Source: Pirellulales bacterium
Lineage (GTDB): Bacteria > Planctomycetota > Planctomycetia > Pirellulales > PALSA-1355
NCBI GenBank assembly: GCA_963733035.1
Contig: CAVTBU010000009.1
Span: 64,001-128,000, forward strand
Length of the DNA stretch: 64,000 nucleotides
Reading direction: 5' to 3'
Part shown: positions 43,661 to 53,613 of the stretch, one piece after another
Layout of the letters: every line of letters begins with the position of its first letter
Numbering within the stretch: position 1 is the stretch's first letter
Program-made: the position numbers and the translations under genes
The notes under the pieces: generated by a model
What the model saw: only the letters and a program-made list of their open reading frames with translations
What the model was told of the DNA's origin: nothing
Databases searched by the model: none

Positions 43661-44845
43661 ATGTCACAAGTGCTCAAGGGAATCCGTGTGCTCGACTTTG
43701 GACGCTACATTGCCGGGCCGTATTGCGCGATGATGCTGGCGGATTTTGGGGCCGATGTGATTCGTATCGAGCGCCGCGAAGGCGGAGAAGACCGCCCGGT
43801 CGGGCCCGTCGTGGAAAGCGGCGAGGGAGGACTGTATCTCAGCATCAACCGCAACAAGCGCGGGCTGACGCTCGACCCGTCAAATCCCGAGGCGGAGGAA
43901 ATCGTCCGCCGGCTGGTGAGCAAGGCGGACATTGTCATTGCCAACCTGCCGCTGAACGTGCTGCAGAAGCTGAAGCTCGATTTTGATTCACTCAAGCCGA
44001 TCAAGAACGACATAATTCTCGTGATGGGCTCGGCATTTGGTCCTGATGGACCGTATCGGGATCGAGTCGGCTTCGACGGTATCGCGCAAGCGATGAGCGG
44101 GGCTATGGGACTTACCGGTTTTCCCGAGGCGCCGGTCCGCAGCGTTGTTTCCTGGGTTGACTACGGCACGGCGTTGCATGCCGCCTTTGGAGCGATGGCG
44201 GCGCTCATGCACCGACAGCAAACCGGGCAGGGCCAGGTAGTCGACGTGTCGCTGTTGGCCACAAGCGTTACGTTCATGATGCCCTTGCTGGCGGAACGGA
44301 TGATGACCGACATTCACCGCGTCCGGCAGGGGAACGCCAGTTACTTCGCCGCACCTGCGGACAGCTATCGGACGCGTGACGGTTGGGTACTCGTGCCCAC
44401 GATCGGCCAGCCAATGTTCCGACGCTGGGCCCGGCTGATGGGTCGCGAAGATTTGCTCGACGACCCGCGGCTGCAAGACGACATCAGCCGGGGGAACAAC
44501 TACCAGCTCGTCAACGAAGTGATGACAATCTGGTGCGCCGAACGAACGCGCGACGAAGCCGTGGCGGCGCTCGAAGCAGCGCGGATTCCTTGCGGGCCGG
44601 TGTATGAACTTGACGAAGTGCTCAGCGATCCTCAGGTCGCGGCCCGGCGTTTGATCGAGAAAACGCAATTTGCCGGCAGCAGTCGTGATGTACCTGTCGC
44701 CAACACGCCGGTGCGGCTGAGCGGCTCGCCGGGAGAAATTCGTCACGGCGCGCCGGCACTGGGCCAGCACACCACCGAGATCCTCGCGGAGCATGGTTTT
44801 TCAGCGGCCGAGATTGCGGTATTTCGCGAGCGGGACGTCGTCTAG
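43661..44845 (+). CDS. Class III CoA-transferase (CaiB/BaiF)
   Basis: LKGIRVLDF..IAGPYC, NRNKRG, GFDGIAQAMSG, APALGQHT. Confidence 0.92.
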   Translation: MSQVLKGIRVLDFGRYIAGPYCAMMLADFGADVIRIERREGGEDRPVGPVVESGEGGLYLSINRNKRGLTLDPSNPEAEEIVRRLVSKADIVIANLPLNVLQKLKLDFDSLKPIKNDIILVMGSAFGPDGPYRDRVGFDGIAQAMSGAMGLTGFPEAPVRSVVSWVDYGTALHAAFGAMAALMHRQQTGQGQVVDVSLLATSVTFMMPLLAERMMTDIHRVRQGNASYFAAPADSYRTRDGWVLVPTIGQPMFRRWARLMGREDLLDDPRLQDDISRGNNYQLVNEVMTIWCAERTRDEAVAALEAARIPCGPVYELDEVLSDPQVAARRLIEKTQFAGSSRDVPVANTPVRLSGSPGEIRHGAPALGQHTTEILAEHGFSAAEIAVFRERDVV

Positions 44846-44856
44846 CGAACTACGAC

Positions 44857-46242
44857 TCATTCAGTCGCGTTGCCCGGAAAGGGCCCTTGGTTCCACGACC
44901 AAAGGGGCCAACGGGTGTTCGCCGAGCGCATCGTTTCCTCGCCGTTGATGAAGCCGGCGGCGAAGACGATCGCCACAAACGCAATTGCTGTGGCGGCCAC
45001 CCAACGAACCCAGGGGACGGGCACATCGGGCGAATCGGTTGCCGGATCCGCCGACGGCTTGGGCCGAGCCACCGCGGTCGCGACGACGTAAAATGCCATC
45101 AGCGAGAAGATCACCCAAAACACATTATGCATGTTGAGTTGCTTGTCGCGGTGTGGATAGAAGAAATACAGGGCGTTGAGGTTCTGAAACAGCAGCATCG
45201 TGAGCGACAGCCACATCACGGGAAACCAGGCCAGCGACAACCAGCGGCGAAAATCGATGACCATCCAGACGGCCGCACCGGCGAACCCCATGATGCAAAC
45301 CGCGTCGAGCAACCGGAGTATCGTTTCGGCAAGCTCCGGCGGCTGCTGGTAGCCATACGATCGGAGTTGGTTGGCCCAATCCGTCAGCTTTTCCTCGGCA
45401 TTGATACGCGACAAGCGGTGCCAAAGCGGGATTATTCCTAGCACGTAGATCATGCTCAGCACGGAAGCCCAGCCATAGTTCTCGCGCTCCGGGGGCGACG
45501 GATAGGCGTACTTGAGCATTCCAAACGCGAAGATAAAGCCGCCAATCAGCCCGCAAGAAACTTCCATCACGTTCCAGTGGTTGATCGTGAAGTCGAGGCT
45601 CGTGGTTTGCAGCACATTGGCGATGTTGCCAAGCAGCCGGCCGCCCGACATTCCCAGGCCGAAGCCCAGGTATCCGAGCAGTCCGCCACGAAAGCCGCTC
45701 CACTTACGATTCCAGGCCAGCCAGACGAGCTGCGCAAGTGCCGCGCCAAAAAACGTGATCGACGTGTTATTGCGGGGGGGATTGATATCGAAGCCAAGCC
45801 AGGTGACGACGATCAGCGAAGCAAACCAGCCGCCCGCCAGGACAGAACCGATGAGGCCCAGCCACTGGCCCGTTTTCATCGGTTCGCGTTCGAGCACGAG
45901 GCCGACCATCGCGCCGCCGAAAGTTCCCCAGGCGGCACCCTGTAGAAAGAGCGTGAGGAAGCCATAGGAGTAATTGATGAATGTGTCGGACTGCGCGTAG
46001 CCGTGGAGGATGCCATAACTCATGGTGCCGCCAGAGCCGATGCCGATGGCTGAGAGGGCCGCAATGACCGGCATCCACAAGAACAGCGAGCGTTGCCGGC
46101 TAACGTAAGCCAGCCCCAGGGCGAGGCACGCGCCCGGGTACATCGCCCCAATCAGGTGGCCAAAGTCGCCGCGGATACCCCAGCCCAGGCCGACAGCCAG
46201 TGCCACGAACGCACTCCGTACGAGCAGATCCGCCAAAGTCAC
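44857..46242 (-). CDS. Polytopic membrane protein of unknown function
   Basis: GTG start overlapping the cyclase stop (GTGA); many TM segments; GWGIRGDFGH motif. Confidence 0.8.
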   Translation of the reverse strand: MTLADLLVRSAFVALAVGLGWGIRGDFGHLIGAMYPGACLALGLAYVSRQRSLFLWMPVIAALSAIGIGSGGTMSYGILHGYAQSDTFINYSYGFLTLFLQGAAWGTFGGAMVGLVLEREPMKTGQWLGLIGSVLAGGWFASLIVVTWLGFDINPPRNNTSITFFGAALAQLVWLAWNRKWSGFRGGLLGYLGFGLGMSGGRLLGNIANVLQTTSLDFTINHWNVMEVSCGLIGGFIFAFGMLKYAYPSPPERENYGWASVLSMIYVLGIIPLWHRLSRINAEEKLTDWANQLRSYGYQQPPELAETILRLLDAVCIMGFAGAAVWMVIDFRRWLSLAWFPVMWLSLTMLLFQNLNALYFFYPHRDKQLNMHNVFWVIFSLMAFYVVATAVARPKPSADPATDSPDVPVPWVRWVAATAIAFVAIVFAAGFINGEETMRSANTRWPLWSWNQGPFPGNATE

Positions 46243-47042
46243 ATTGTTTCTCCGCTGGTTGTTTCCTCGGGTACGAGCGCGACGGCGCGGCACCAGGCGG
46301 CGCTGGCCTTGTGAATTTTTACTGGCAGGCACGACAGATGAAATCCATATGGGCGTGGAAGCTGATCGAGGTTCGCGAGCTTCTCGATTTGGCAATACTC
46401 GCGCGTGATGCCGGCGAAATGGGCCGGCCAGATGTAGCGGCTGTCGCCCGTGCGGTCGTAGTCGGCCTTCATGTCGGCAAATGGTCGATCGAGCGTGTAC
46501 GCGTCGATGCCGATCACCTTCACGCCTTGTTCGCAAAGCCAAAGTGTTCCCTCGCGCCCAAGGCCCGGCTGGGCGAAATAGGCCGAAGAGCCCATCCGTT
46601 TGTCGGCATCGGTTCGCAAGAGGACAATGTCCAGTGGCCGTAGGGTGTACTCGATCTTGTCGAGAGCCGCCTGCAGGTCATTAACGGTGATGAACTCGCC
46701 GGGTTGCTTGTGCCGCACGTCGATAACCACCCCGGGTGCGAAGCACCACTCAAGCGGCACCTCGTCGATCGTCCGTGCCGGACGACCTTCTGAGACGGGA
46801 GCATAGTGATAGGGCGCGTCGACATGTGTACCTGTATGCGTGATAGCGCGAATCTCCTCGACGGCCCAACCGCGTCCCTCGGAGTAGACGAGATCCTCCG
46901 GCTTGATGCCGAAGTAGTGTTGCATCTGCTGGAGCCCTTCGCCGCCATGCACGACGTACCGGATGTCGGCCGGCATCGGCTCACTTGGAGCCAGGTGCTC
47001 AAGCGGAACGCTCAAGTCGATAATGCGGTGGCGGGGAAACAT
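46239..47042 (-). CDS. Cyclase family metal-dependent hydrolase (kynurenine formamidase-like)
   Basis: IIDLS, HTGTHVDAPYH, IGID, IEKLANL. Confidence 0.9.
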   Translation of the reverse strand: MFPRHRIIDLSVPLEHLAPSEPMPADIRYVVHGGEGLQQMQHYFGIKPEDLVYSEGRGWAVEEIRAITHTGTHVDAPYHYAPVSEGRPARTIDEVPLEWCFAPGVVIDVRHKQPGEFITVNDLQAALDKIEYTLRPLDIVLLRTDADKRMGSSAYFAQPGLGREGTLWLCEQGVKVIGIDAYTLDRPFADMKADYDRTGDSRYIWPAHFAGITREYCQIEKLANLDQLPRPYGFHLSCLPVKIHKASAAWCRAVALVPEETTSGETM

Positions 47043-47167
47043 TCGACTGCTTTCGGCGGGCGGGCTACTTGCGTTACATTAGCGATTCCGCGAGCTGCGT
47101 GCCAGTCGCCTGCGCACAGGACGTGGCAGGTGGCCGCATCGATTCCAAAGGTCAGAAGGAGTTTGCC

Positions 47168-47989
47168 ATGTCGAGCGGAACTCATAGAGCAGAGCCGCTT
47201 CTCGTTGAGCGCCACGAAGTCGACGGCGGCGTGATCCTCCAAATCACGATCAATCGGCCGGAAGTGCACAACGCAGTCGACGGTATCACGGCCAAGTTGC
47301 TGCTAGAGGCGTGGCGGGCCTTTCGCGACGACGATTTGCTGACTGTGGCCGTGCTGCACGGAGCAGGAGACAAGTCATTTTGCTCGGGCGCTGACCTGAT
47401 GGGGCTGGAATCACTCGCTCACTTGGGCGCAACGCGGGAGGAGATAGCGGCCTTCATCGAACACGGCACGGGGCCGATGGGGGGCACGCGGATCGTGCAG
47501 ACCAAGCCCGTCATCACCGTGGCTCAGGGCTATGCCTACGCCGGCGGCTTGGAGCTGTTTTGCCATGGACACATCCGTCTGGCCGAGCCAGCGGCGACGT
47601 TTTCCGTGGCTTGCCGGCGCTGGGGCGTGCCGTTGGTCGATGGCGGCACGGTCTATCTGCCGCGGATGATCGGCTGGGGGCCCGCACTGCCGCTGATCAT
47701 TACCGGCCAGCGTATCACCGCGGAACGGGCGTATCAGCTTGGCTTGGTGTGGGAGTTGGTCGAAACCGGCCAAGGACTGGAACGCGCGATGAACATGGCA
47801 AAGCAAATCTGCCGCCAGCCGCGCGATGCGATGCTGGCCGATCTGAACTCAGCCGTCCACGGATTCAACCTGCCACTGGACAAAGCATTTGAATTGGAAG
47901 CAGAAAGCTTGCATCCGGTGATGCGCAGCGAGAGCACGCGGAAGGGAGTGGACGCTTTTCAGCGCGGCGAGCGGTTTTGGTTTGAGTAG
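47168..47989 (+). CDS. Enoyl-CoA hydratase/isomerase family protein
   Basis: AAGGAG RBS; INRPEVHNA, FCSGADL, AGGLEL, CRRWGVPLVDGGT. Confidence 0.9.
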   Translation: MSSGTHRAEPLLVERHEVDGGVILQITINRPEVHNAVDGITAKLLLEAWRAFRDDDLLTVAVLHGAGDKSFCSGADLMGLESLAHLGATREEIAAFIEHGTGPMGGTRIVQTKPVITVAQGYAYAGGLELFCHGHIRLAEPAATFSVACRRWGVPLVDGGTVYLPRMIGWGPALPLIITGQRITAERAYQLGLVWELVETGQGLERAMNMAKQICRQPRDAMLADLNSAVHGFNLPLDKAFELEAESLHPVMRSESTRKGVDAFQRGERFWFE

Positions 47990-48059
47990 GGCGTTTCGGC
48001 GGACGCAACCGCAAAGCGCCGACGGCGTTGCCTCCGGGCTAAACGTTTTAGAAGGCCGA

Positions 48060-50510
48060 TTAAGCTGCTGGCTTGAGCACCAGCGTGTGTTCGGTTTTGC
48101 CGGGCAGGAATGGGCTTGGTTCGCCGTTGGCCCAGGCCGGATGGCTGTCGCGATAATGGGGCGAAAGGGGATGGCCCGACTGCCCGCACGGCATGTGCAT
48201 GTAGCCGTCTTCCTCGCGGCCAGGAGAAACCGCCATCCGCTGCGAAGCACCACGGGTGGGTGCTTGGATCCGCGGCATGTTGTCGGTGTCGCCATTGAGG
48301 GGCTCAGGCTCCATGTCGAGCCAGCCGGCCAGCCGAGGCACGGCGAGACTTAGCGGATGTTGGATGCGCGTCGTGTTGTAGTTGCCCCAGGTATAGCTGG
48401 CCAGCCTATTCCCGTCCGAGGTACCTTCGTCGATTACATCATCGGCCGCGGCCAGCAGCAATTCGTGCCACGTTTCGTAGCGCGGGTCGATCAGATGTTC
48501 AGGCTGTTCCGAAACTAGCCGCCAAATTGCGCCCTCAACCCGCTCGTAGCGGCCGAGGCGAAAATCCTCATCGAGCTGTCGCGCCGGGGTGCCGAGCACA
48601 TCGCACAGCTGGGCCACGAGCTTGCGGCGAAATTCGCGCACTGCGCGGAAACCGACCGAGTCGACCGCCGCGCGGCCGCCCCAATCTTCCACGTATCCAT
48701 GCAACTCCTGGCGGCGGGGATGATCCTTGAGGGCCTGCTCGTCCAGCGTGTCGAGTAGAAGTTTTTGCCACGGCTCCAAGAGCACCGCCTTGTCATCAAG
48801 CTGGATTCGCAGCATGTCGGCTTCGGTCGCGTTCTCGGTAGCCAACAGATCGTCACGAATCTGTCGCTGGCGAGCGCCCAGGTCGTAGCCGCCGTCACCG
48901 ATGACTTTCAGGTAATCGTCGCTAACGACCCGGGCGTTGGCCGTCCAAATGCGGCCGACTTCCGGTTCAATAATTCGTGGGTATTCTTCGGGGGTGAGGT
49001 AACCTTCCCAGCGATGCGAACCATCGGCCCACGAACTCGGAAGCCGGCCGTCGAAGCCGACGCGGCGGGGAATGCGGCCTAGGATCGTCCAGGCGATGCG
49101 GCCTTGGTCGTCGGCCACCACGAAGTTCTGCGCGGGCGAACCGCTGAGATTCGCCAGGCGCAAAGCGTCTTCGAGCGTTTGAGCCGACTCCAAGTTGATC
49201 AGGTTCATGTTCACGCCATCGGCATCGTGCGCTACCCAGCGCACGGCAAGCGGGCGGCCTTCGTGATCATGCTTCAGAACAGGACCCCAGATCGTGGAGA
49301 CGATCTCGAGCTTCTCGTCGGGCCTGCCTTTGACTTTGATGGTTTCTTCCAGATGCTCGAACTTTCTCGGCCCGTTTGGCGTCAGGTACGAATCCTTGTC
49401 GTCCGGATCGACCTCGACGATAACGACATCGGCCCAGTCGCCTTCGCTGTTGGTGAATCCCCAGGCAACGTGGCCGTTGCTGCCCACCACAAGCGCGGGT
49501 GTGCCAGGAAGCGTCACGCCCGTGACACGCCGTTCCTTTACTTTTTCGTGCTTGACGGTCCCTTCCGTAGCGTTTGCATCGTCACTATCTGCTGCCGGCC
49601 AGACAAACGATGCCCGATACCAGATGTGCGGCACACGAATGCCAAGGTGCATGTCGTCGGCCACCAGCGCGCGTCCGTCCGCCGTTTGTTGGCCCGACAC
49701 GGCCCAGTTGTTGCTGCCCAGACGGAAGTGGTCGATCGGGGCAAGCTGCGACTTGGGGGTCAACGAGCTTCGCGCAACTTGCGTCTCGCTACGGGCATCA
49801 AAGATTTCAGGACCGGGGATTGCCGGAGTGACGAATGCGTCGCCATGAATCGGCGCGTCCCACTCGGTTCCCATCGGCGCCAGGAAATCGAACATCGCTT
49901 TGGGCACAGACGCCTGCAAGACGCCGAGCGCGACTTCGTCGCGGAAGTCGGTACCCTGCAGGTCGAGATACATCGAGAACATGACCAGCGCCGAGTCCTC
50001 GGGCTTCCAAGGGGCGGGCTCAACACCAAGCAGCAGATACTCAAACGGCTTGTTCTTAAGCGATGCCAGCCCGGCATTCGCACCCTTGGCGTAGGCGTCG
50101 AGCAGCGCGCGGTCCTCGTCGTTGCCGGCAGCAATCACATCTTTAGCACGCTTGCGAAATTGATTAACGCGAGCGTCACGATCGTTATCCAGCACTGCCG
50201 GGCCAACCAACTCGGCCAATTCGCCGGCCGAATTGCGGCGCAAGAGGTCCATCTGGAAAAAGCGATCTTGCGCGTGCAGAAATCCCGTGGCATAGGCCAG
50301 GTCGAAACGGTTCTGCGCGCGGATGGTCGGAATGCCCAGTCCATCACGTTCGACGGTCACCGGTGCTTTCAAACCGGCGGCCACGACTTGACCATCAAGT
50401 TGCGGAAGGCTGCCGGTCAGTTGGCCGCGAATCCAAACCGCACCGACCGCGATAATCACAATGAGAATAACAGCCATGCCGGCCGCATATTTGAGGAGAC
50501 GCTTGCGCAT
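48060..50510 (-). CDS. Penicillin acylase family (Ntn hydrolase, peptidase S45)
   Basis: RDGLGIP.I, HAQDRFFQMDL.RR, beta-chain start GSNNW, TANAR, GQSGHPLSPHY. Confidence 0.93.
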   Translation of the reverse strand: MRKRLLKYAAGMAVILIVIIAVGAVWIRGQLTGSLPQLDGQVVAAGLKAPVTVERDGLGIPTIRAQNRFDLAYATGFLHAQDRFFQMDLLRRNSAGELAELVGPAVLDNDRDARVNQFRKRAKDVIAAGNDEDRALLDAYAKGANAGLASLKNKPFEYLLLGVEPAPWKPEDSALVMFSMYLDLQGTDFRDEVALGVLQASVPKAMFDFLAPMGTEWDAPIHGDAFVTPAIPGPEIFDARSETQVARSSLTPKSQLAPIDHFRLGSNNWAVSGQQTADGRALVADDMHLGIRVPHIWYRASFVWPAADSDDANATEGTVKHEKVKERRVTGVTLPGTPALVVGSNGHVAWGFTNSEGDWADVVIVEVDPDDKDSYLTPNGPRKFEHLEETIKVKGRPDEKLEIVSTIWGPVLKHDHEGRPLAVRWVAHDADGVNMNLINLESAQTLEDALRLANLSGSPAQNFVVADDQGRIAWTILGRIPRRVGFDGRLPSSWADGSHRWEGYLTPEEYPRIIEPEVGRIWTANARVVSDDYLKVIGDGGYDLGARQRQIRDDLLATENATEADMLRIQLDDKAVLLEPWQKLLLDTLDEQALKDHPRRQELHGYVEDWGGRAAVDSVGFRAVREFRRKLVAQLCDVLGTPARQLDEDFRLGRYERVEGAIWRLVSEQPEHLIDPRYETWHELLLAAADDVIDEGTSDGNRLASYTWGNYNTTRIQHPLSLAVPRLAGWLDMEPEPLNGDTDNMPRIQAPTRGASQRMAVSPGREEDGYMHMPCGQSGHPLSPHYRDSHPAWANGEPSPFLPGKTEHTLVLKPAA

Positions 50511-50757
50511 GTCGATTCCCCAGTAGAATGGCGGGGTGAGAAGACGGATGCCACGTAAATGCTTATTTTCGGCCGGTTGCCGGCGGGCTGCAAGGGTCGA
50601 ACGGTCGACCAAATTCTGTTCACAGGACGAAAGAACTTCCGTCAAGTGGCCATCGGCGAAGGTAATTGGCGAGCAGCGGTTGTCCCGCGCTCACTGTGCG
50701 GCCGATGCCGCCAAGCAATTCTGGTAGAATCGTGGGCCGCCCCAGGAGCCTCGCCGA

Positions 50758-51258
50758 ATGACGATCGACCCGAACTTGCGGATTCGCCAGTTAACGACCG
50801 CCGATGAGCCATTCCTCTGGGAAGCGGCCTATCATGCCATCTTTGTTCCGTCTGGCCAATCGCCGCCGCCACGAAGCATTCTGGCCGACCCGAACATCGC
50901 GCGGTACGTCCAAAACTGGGGTCGAAAAGGAGATCTGGGATTTGCAGCCGAACTCGCCGGTCGAAGGATCGGAGCCTGTTGGCTGCGGCTGTGGTCTGGT
51001 AAAGATCGCGGTTACGGGTACATCGACACGGAAACGCCGGAGCTCTCGCTGGCAGTTTGGCCTGGTCATCGGGCGAAGGGAATTGGCACGCGATTGCTCA
51101 AGGCAACGTTGGCAGAGGCCACGGACTATTCCGGTGTGTCATTGAGCGTTAGCTCCATCAACCCCGCCGTGAGGTTGTACGACCGAATGGGGTTCGCGCG
51201 CATTGATGTGCAAGGCAGCAGCCTGGTCATGCTGCGGCGAAGGGAAAGTTCTGGCTGA
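50758..51258 (+). CDS. GNAT family N-acetyltransferase
   Basis: AGGAG RBS; HRAKGIGTRLL acetyl-CoA motif; NPAVRLYDRMGF. Confidence 0.9.
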   Translation: MTIDPNLRIRQLTTADEPFLWEAAYHAIFVPSGQSPPPRSILADPNIARYVQNWGRKGDLGFAAELAGRRIGACWLRLWSGKDRGYGYIDTETPELSLAVWPGHRAKGIGTRLLKATLAEATDYSGVSLSVSSINPAVRLYDRMGFARIDVQGSSLVMLRRRESSG

Positions 51259-51417
51259 CATGCTATCAATAGCGGCGCTGGGGGCCCTTGGCAGCGGAAT
51301 TTACGGTAGCCCAGATTTGGATCTCAGCGTATGTTTGGGCAACTGAACGGCCGGGGCGCCTTATCCCGCCACGCGCATACCGCAGGCAATATCTACCAAA
51401 TCTGGGAGCCATACGTG

Positions 51418-51861
51418 ATGATTTTGAGACGAATTTTGCTTGGATTGGGCATGACGGTGATGTTAGGTTTTGCCGACACTTCCGGGGCCGCCGAGCCGGG
51501 CCCCGTCGACAAGGACGCGCCCAAGGAATACACCGCCACCAAGAGCGGATTGAAGTATCGCATTTTGCGGAAGGCGAATGGAAAAAAGCCCACCGCAAAA
51601 GACACCGTGACGGTGAATTACCGTGGCTGGCTCGATAGCGGCAAAGTGTTCGATAGCTCGTACGATCGTGGCGAGCCGATCTCGTTTCCACTTAACCGCG
51701 TGATTCCTGGCTGGACCGAAGGCATGCAGCTCGTCGGCGAAGGCGGGATGATCGAATTAGAAATTCCTTCCGAGTTGGGCTACGGCGTCCGGGGTGCCCC
51801 GGGGGCAATTCCACCGAATGCCCGTCTGCACTTTCTGGTCGAGCTGATCGACGTCCAGTAA
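51418..51861 (+). CDS. FKBP-type peptidyl-prolyl cis-trans isomerase, exported
   Basis: VNYRG.L..GKVFDSSY, VIPGWTEG, LGYG..G...IPPNA.L.F.VEL; signal peptide. Confidence 0.93.
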   Translation: MILRRILLGLGMTVMLGFADTSGAAEPGPVDKDAPKEYTATKSGLKYRILRKANGKKPTAKDTVTVNYRGWLDSGKVFDSSYDRGEPISFPLNRVIPGWTEGMQLVGEGGMIELEIPSELGYGVRGAPGAIPPNARLHFLVELIDVQ

Positions 51862-51888
51862 CTCTTCGGTTACAGGCGAGAAATCAAC

Positions 51889-51924
51889 GCGGCCCGTTGC
51901 TTCAATTGGGAAGCAACGGGCCGC
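51889..51924. terminator. Probable bidirectional intrinsic terminator
   Basis: Perfect 15-bp stem GCGGCCCGTTGCTTC/GAAGCAACGGGCCGC, 6-nt loop, between convergent genes; T-tracts imperfect. Confidence 0.7.
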
Positions 51925-51947
51925 TTACTCTTGGACGCACCGCGACA

Positions 51948-53381
51948 CTAACCGAACAGCGATGTGATCGGTCGGCCGCCGTAGACTCGATTCGGGCGTC
52001 CGAAGCGATCGGCGATCGTCGCTTCCGCAGGGATGCCCAGGGCGTGCATCATCGTGGCTGCGTAGTCCAGGGGACTGACGGGCGATTCGTCGGGATGCGC
52101 TGCGTGCTTGTCGCTTCTGCCGTAAACCGCGCCGCCGCGGATGCCGCCACCGGCCAGTAGTCCGCTGTAGCAAAACGGCCAATGAGCCCGACCACCGTCG
52201 TCGGCCGAAAGGTTGTCAATCTGTGGCCGTCGGCCAAATTCCCCGACCCAAGCGACGATCGTATCTTCCAACAAGCCACGGGCGTCGAGGTCCTCTAGCA
52301 GCGCGGAAAGGGCTTGATCGGTTGGTGGGATCAGTTCCTTTTTGAGTCGCGAGAAATTTGCACCGTGGGTATCCCAGAAGTTCCTGCCGTCGTTGTGCCA
52401 ATTGACGCTCACCAGCGGCACACCGTGTTCGACAAGTCGCCGGGCCAGCAGCACGCACTGACCGTGAATATTGCGGCCGTAACGATCTCGAACAGCATCG
52501 GTCTCCTGCGAAAGATCAAACGCATTGCGTGCGGCCTGCGAGGCCAGGAGACCAAATGCCTGTCGTTTGAGACCATCCACATCGGCCGCCTCGAGAGCGG
52601 CGCGCTGACTGTCAATTTCGCCCAATAGCGTCCGGCGCGATTCGATCCGTTCATAGCTAATTCCGTCGGCCAGGCTCAATTCCTGCACGCGCCAGTCGGG
52701 TTTGCTCGGGTCGCCAGTTACGAGCAACGGATCGTACCGGTGTCCCAGAAGTCCGCCTTGCTGGCCTGGTGCCTGGCCGCCGGGCGCTGCCGGGTGGTAG
52801 GCCTTCCATGGCATGGTGACAAACGGCGGCAAGGTACCCGGGGTCTCGTGCAGATGCGCGAGCAGCGAGCCGAGGTGGGGCATGTCTCGGTCGCTTGGCG
52901 GATCGGCGTCGCTATTGATCTTGGGGGCCCAATGGCCCGTGAGCGTCGCGTGACCGCTGGACAGGTGCGCAGGATCCGTGTGGTTCAGCGAGCGGATAAT
53001 CGCCAGCTTGTCGGTCACCTGGGCCACACGCTGAAAGTGCTCACAGATTTGAAGGCCGGGCACCCGCGTCGATGTCGGCTTGAACGGGCCGCGGATTTCG
53101 TCCGGCGCCTCGGGCTTCAGGTCAAACGTGTCGAGCTGGCTGGGGCCACCCCACATGAACAGGAAGATGCAGCGTTTGGCCTTGCCAAAGCCACTTCCCT
53201 GAACACCGGCGGACGAAGCGGCCGCCTGGGCGGCCCAAAGCTGCGGCAGGCTGAGCCCCAGCAGCCCTAAGCCCCCCGCCTGTAGGATTTGGCGACGGTT
53301 GAGTTGGGAAACGCCGTTCCGCAGATCGCGGCATCCTCGATCGTTGAAGTCGCGCACTGGCTGCTGGCGGTGAGGCTTCAT
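51948..53381 (-). CDS. DUF1501 domain protein
   Basis: NRRQILQ, GGPSQLDTFDLKP, LLARRLVE.GV, WDTH, GEFGR.P, AGGGIRGG. Confidence 0.92.
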   Translation of the reverse strand: MKPHRQQPVRDFNDRGCRDLRNGVSQLNRRQILQAGGLGLLGLSLPQLWAAQAAASSAGVQGSGFGKAKRCIFLFMWGGPSQLDTFDLKPEAPDEIRGPFKPTSTRVPGLQICEHFQRVAQVTDKLAIIRSLNHTDPAHLSSGHATLTGHWAPKINSDADPPSDRDMPHLGSLLAHLHETPGTLPPFVTMPWKAYHPAAPGGQAPGQQGGLLGHRYDPLLVTGDPSKPDWRVQELSLADGISYERIESRRTLLGEIDSQRAALEAADVDGLKRQAFGLLASQAARNAFDLSQETDAVRDRYGRNIHGQCVLLARRLVEHGVPLVSVNWHNDGRNFWDTHGANFSRLKKELIPPTDQALSALLEDLDARGLLEDTIVAWVGEFGRRPQIDNLSADDGGRAHWPFCYSGLLAGGGIRGGAVYGRSDKHAAHPDESPVSPLDYAATMMHALGIPAEATIADRFGRPNRVYGGRPITSLFG

Positions 53382-53613
53382 CGCTTCGCTTCCGTGGGAA
53401 TCGGCGGCAGGCGGCTTGTAGGCGGGCGAACGTATCGGCGTGGGTCCATGTATTCTAGCTGGTCGCTAGCGTTTTCGACCAGACGAAAATGGGTAAAATC
53501 GCGCAAACACGCGAGTGACTTTTTTTGTCAGGGGCAGGACGCTAAAGTCTACCGGTCGCACGATTAATGACCGAGCGACGCGCCTTGCGGATTGGTCGCG
53601 ACGATGAGGTAAT

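Noticed and set aside
49104..50558. 484-aa plus-strand ORF and similar long antisense ORFs (36901-38025, 23848-25086, 28685-29641, 59690-60733)
   Set aside because: Antisense shadows of real genes in GC-rich DNA; no motifs
53495..53585. GCAAAC...GACGCTAAAG resembling a c-di-GMP-I riboswitch
   Set aside because: GAAA tetraloop/receptor and P1 pairing not found; the downstream gene (alkA) is an unlikely target
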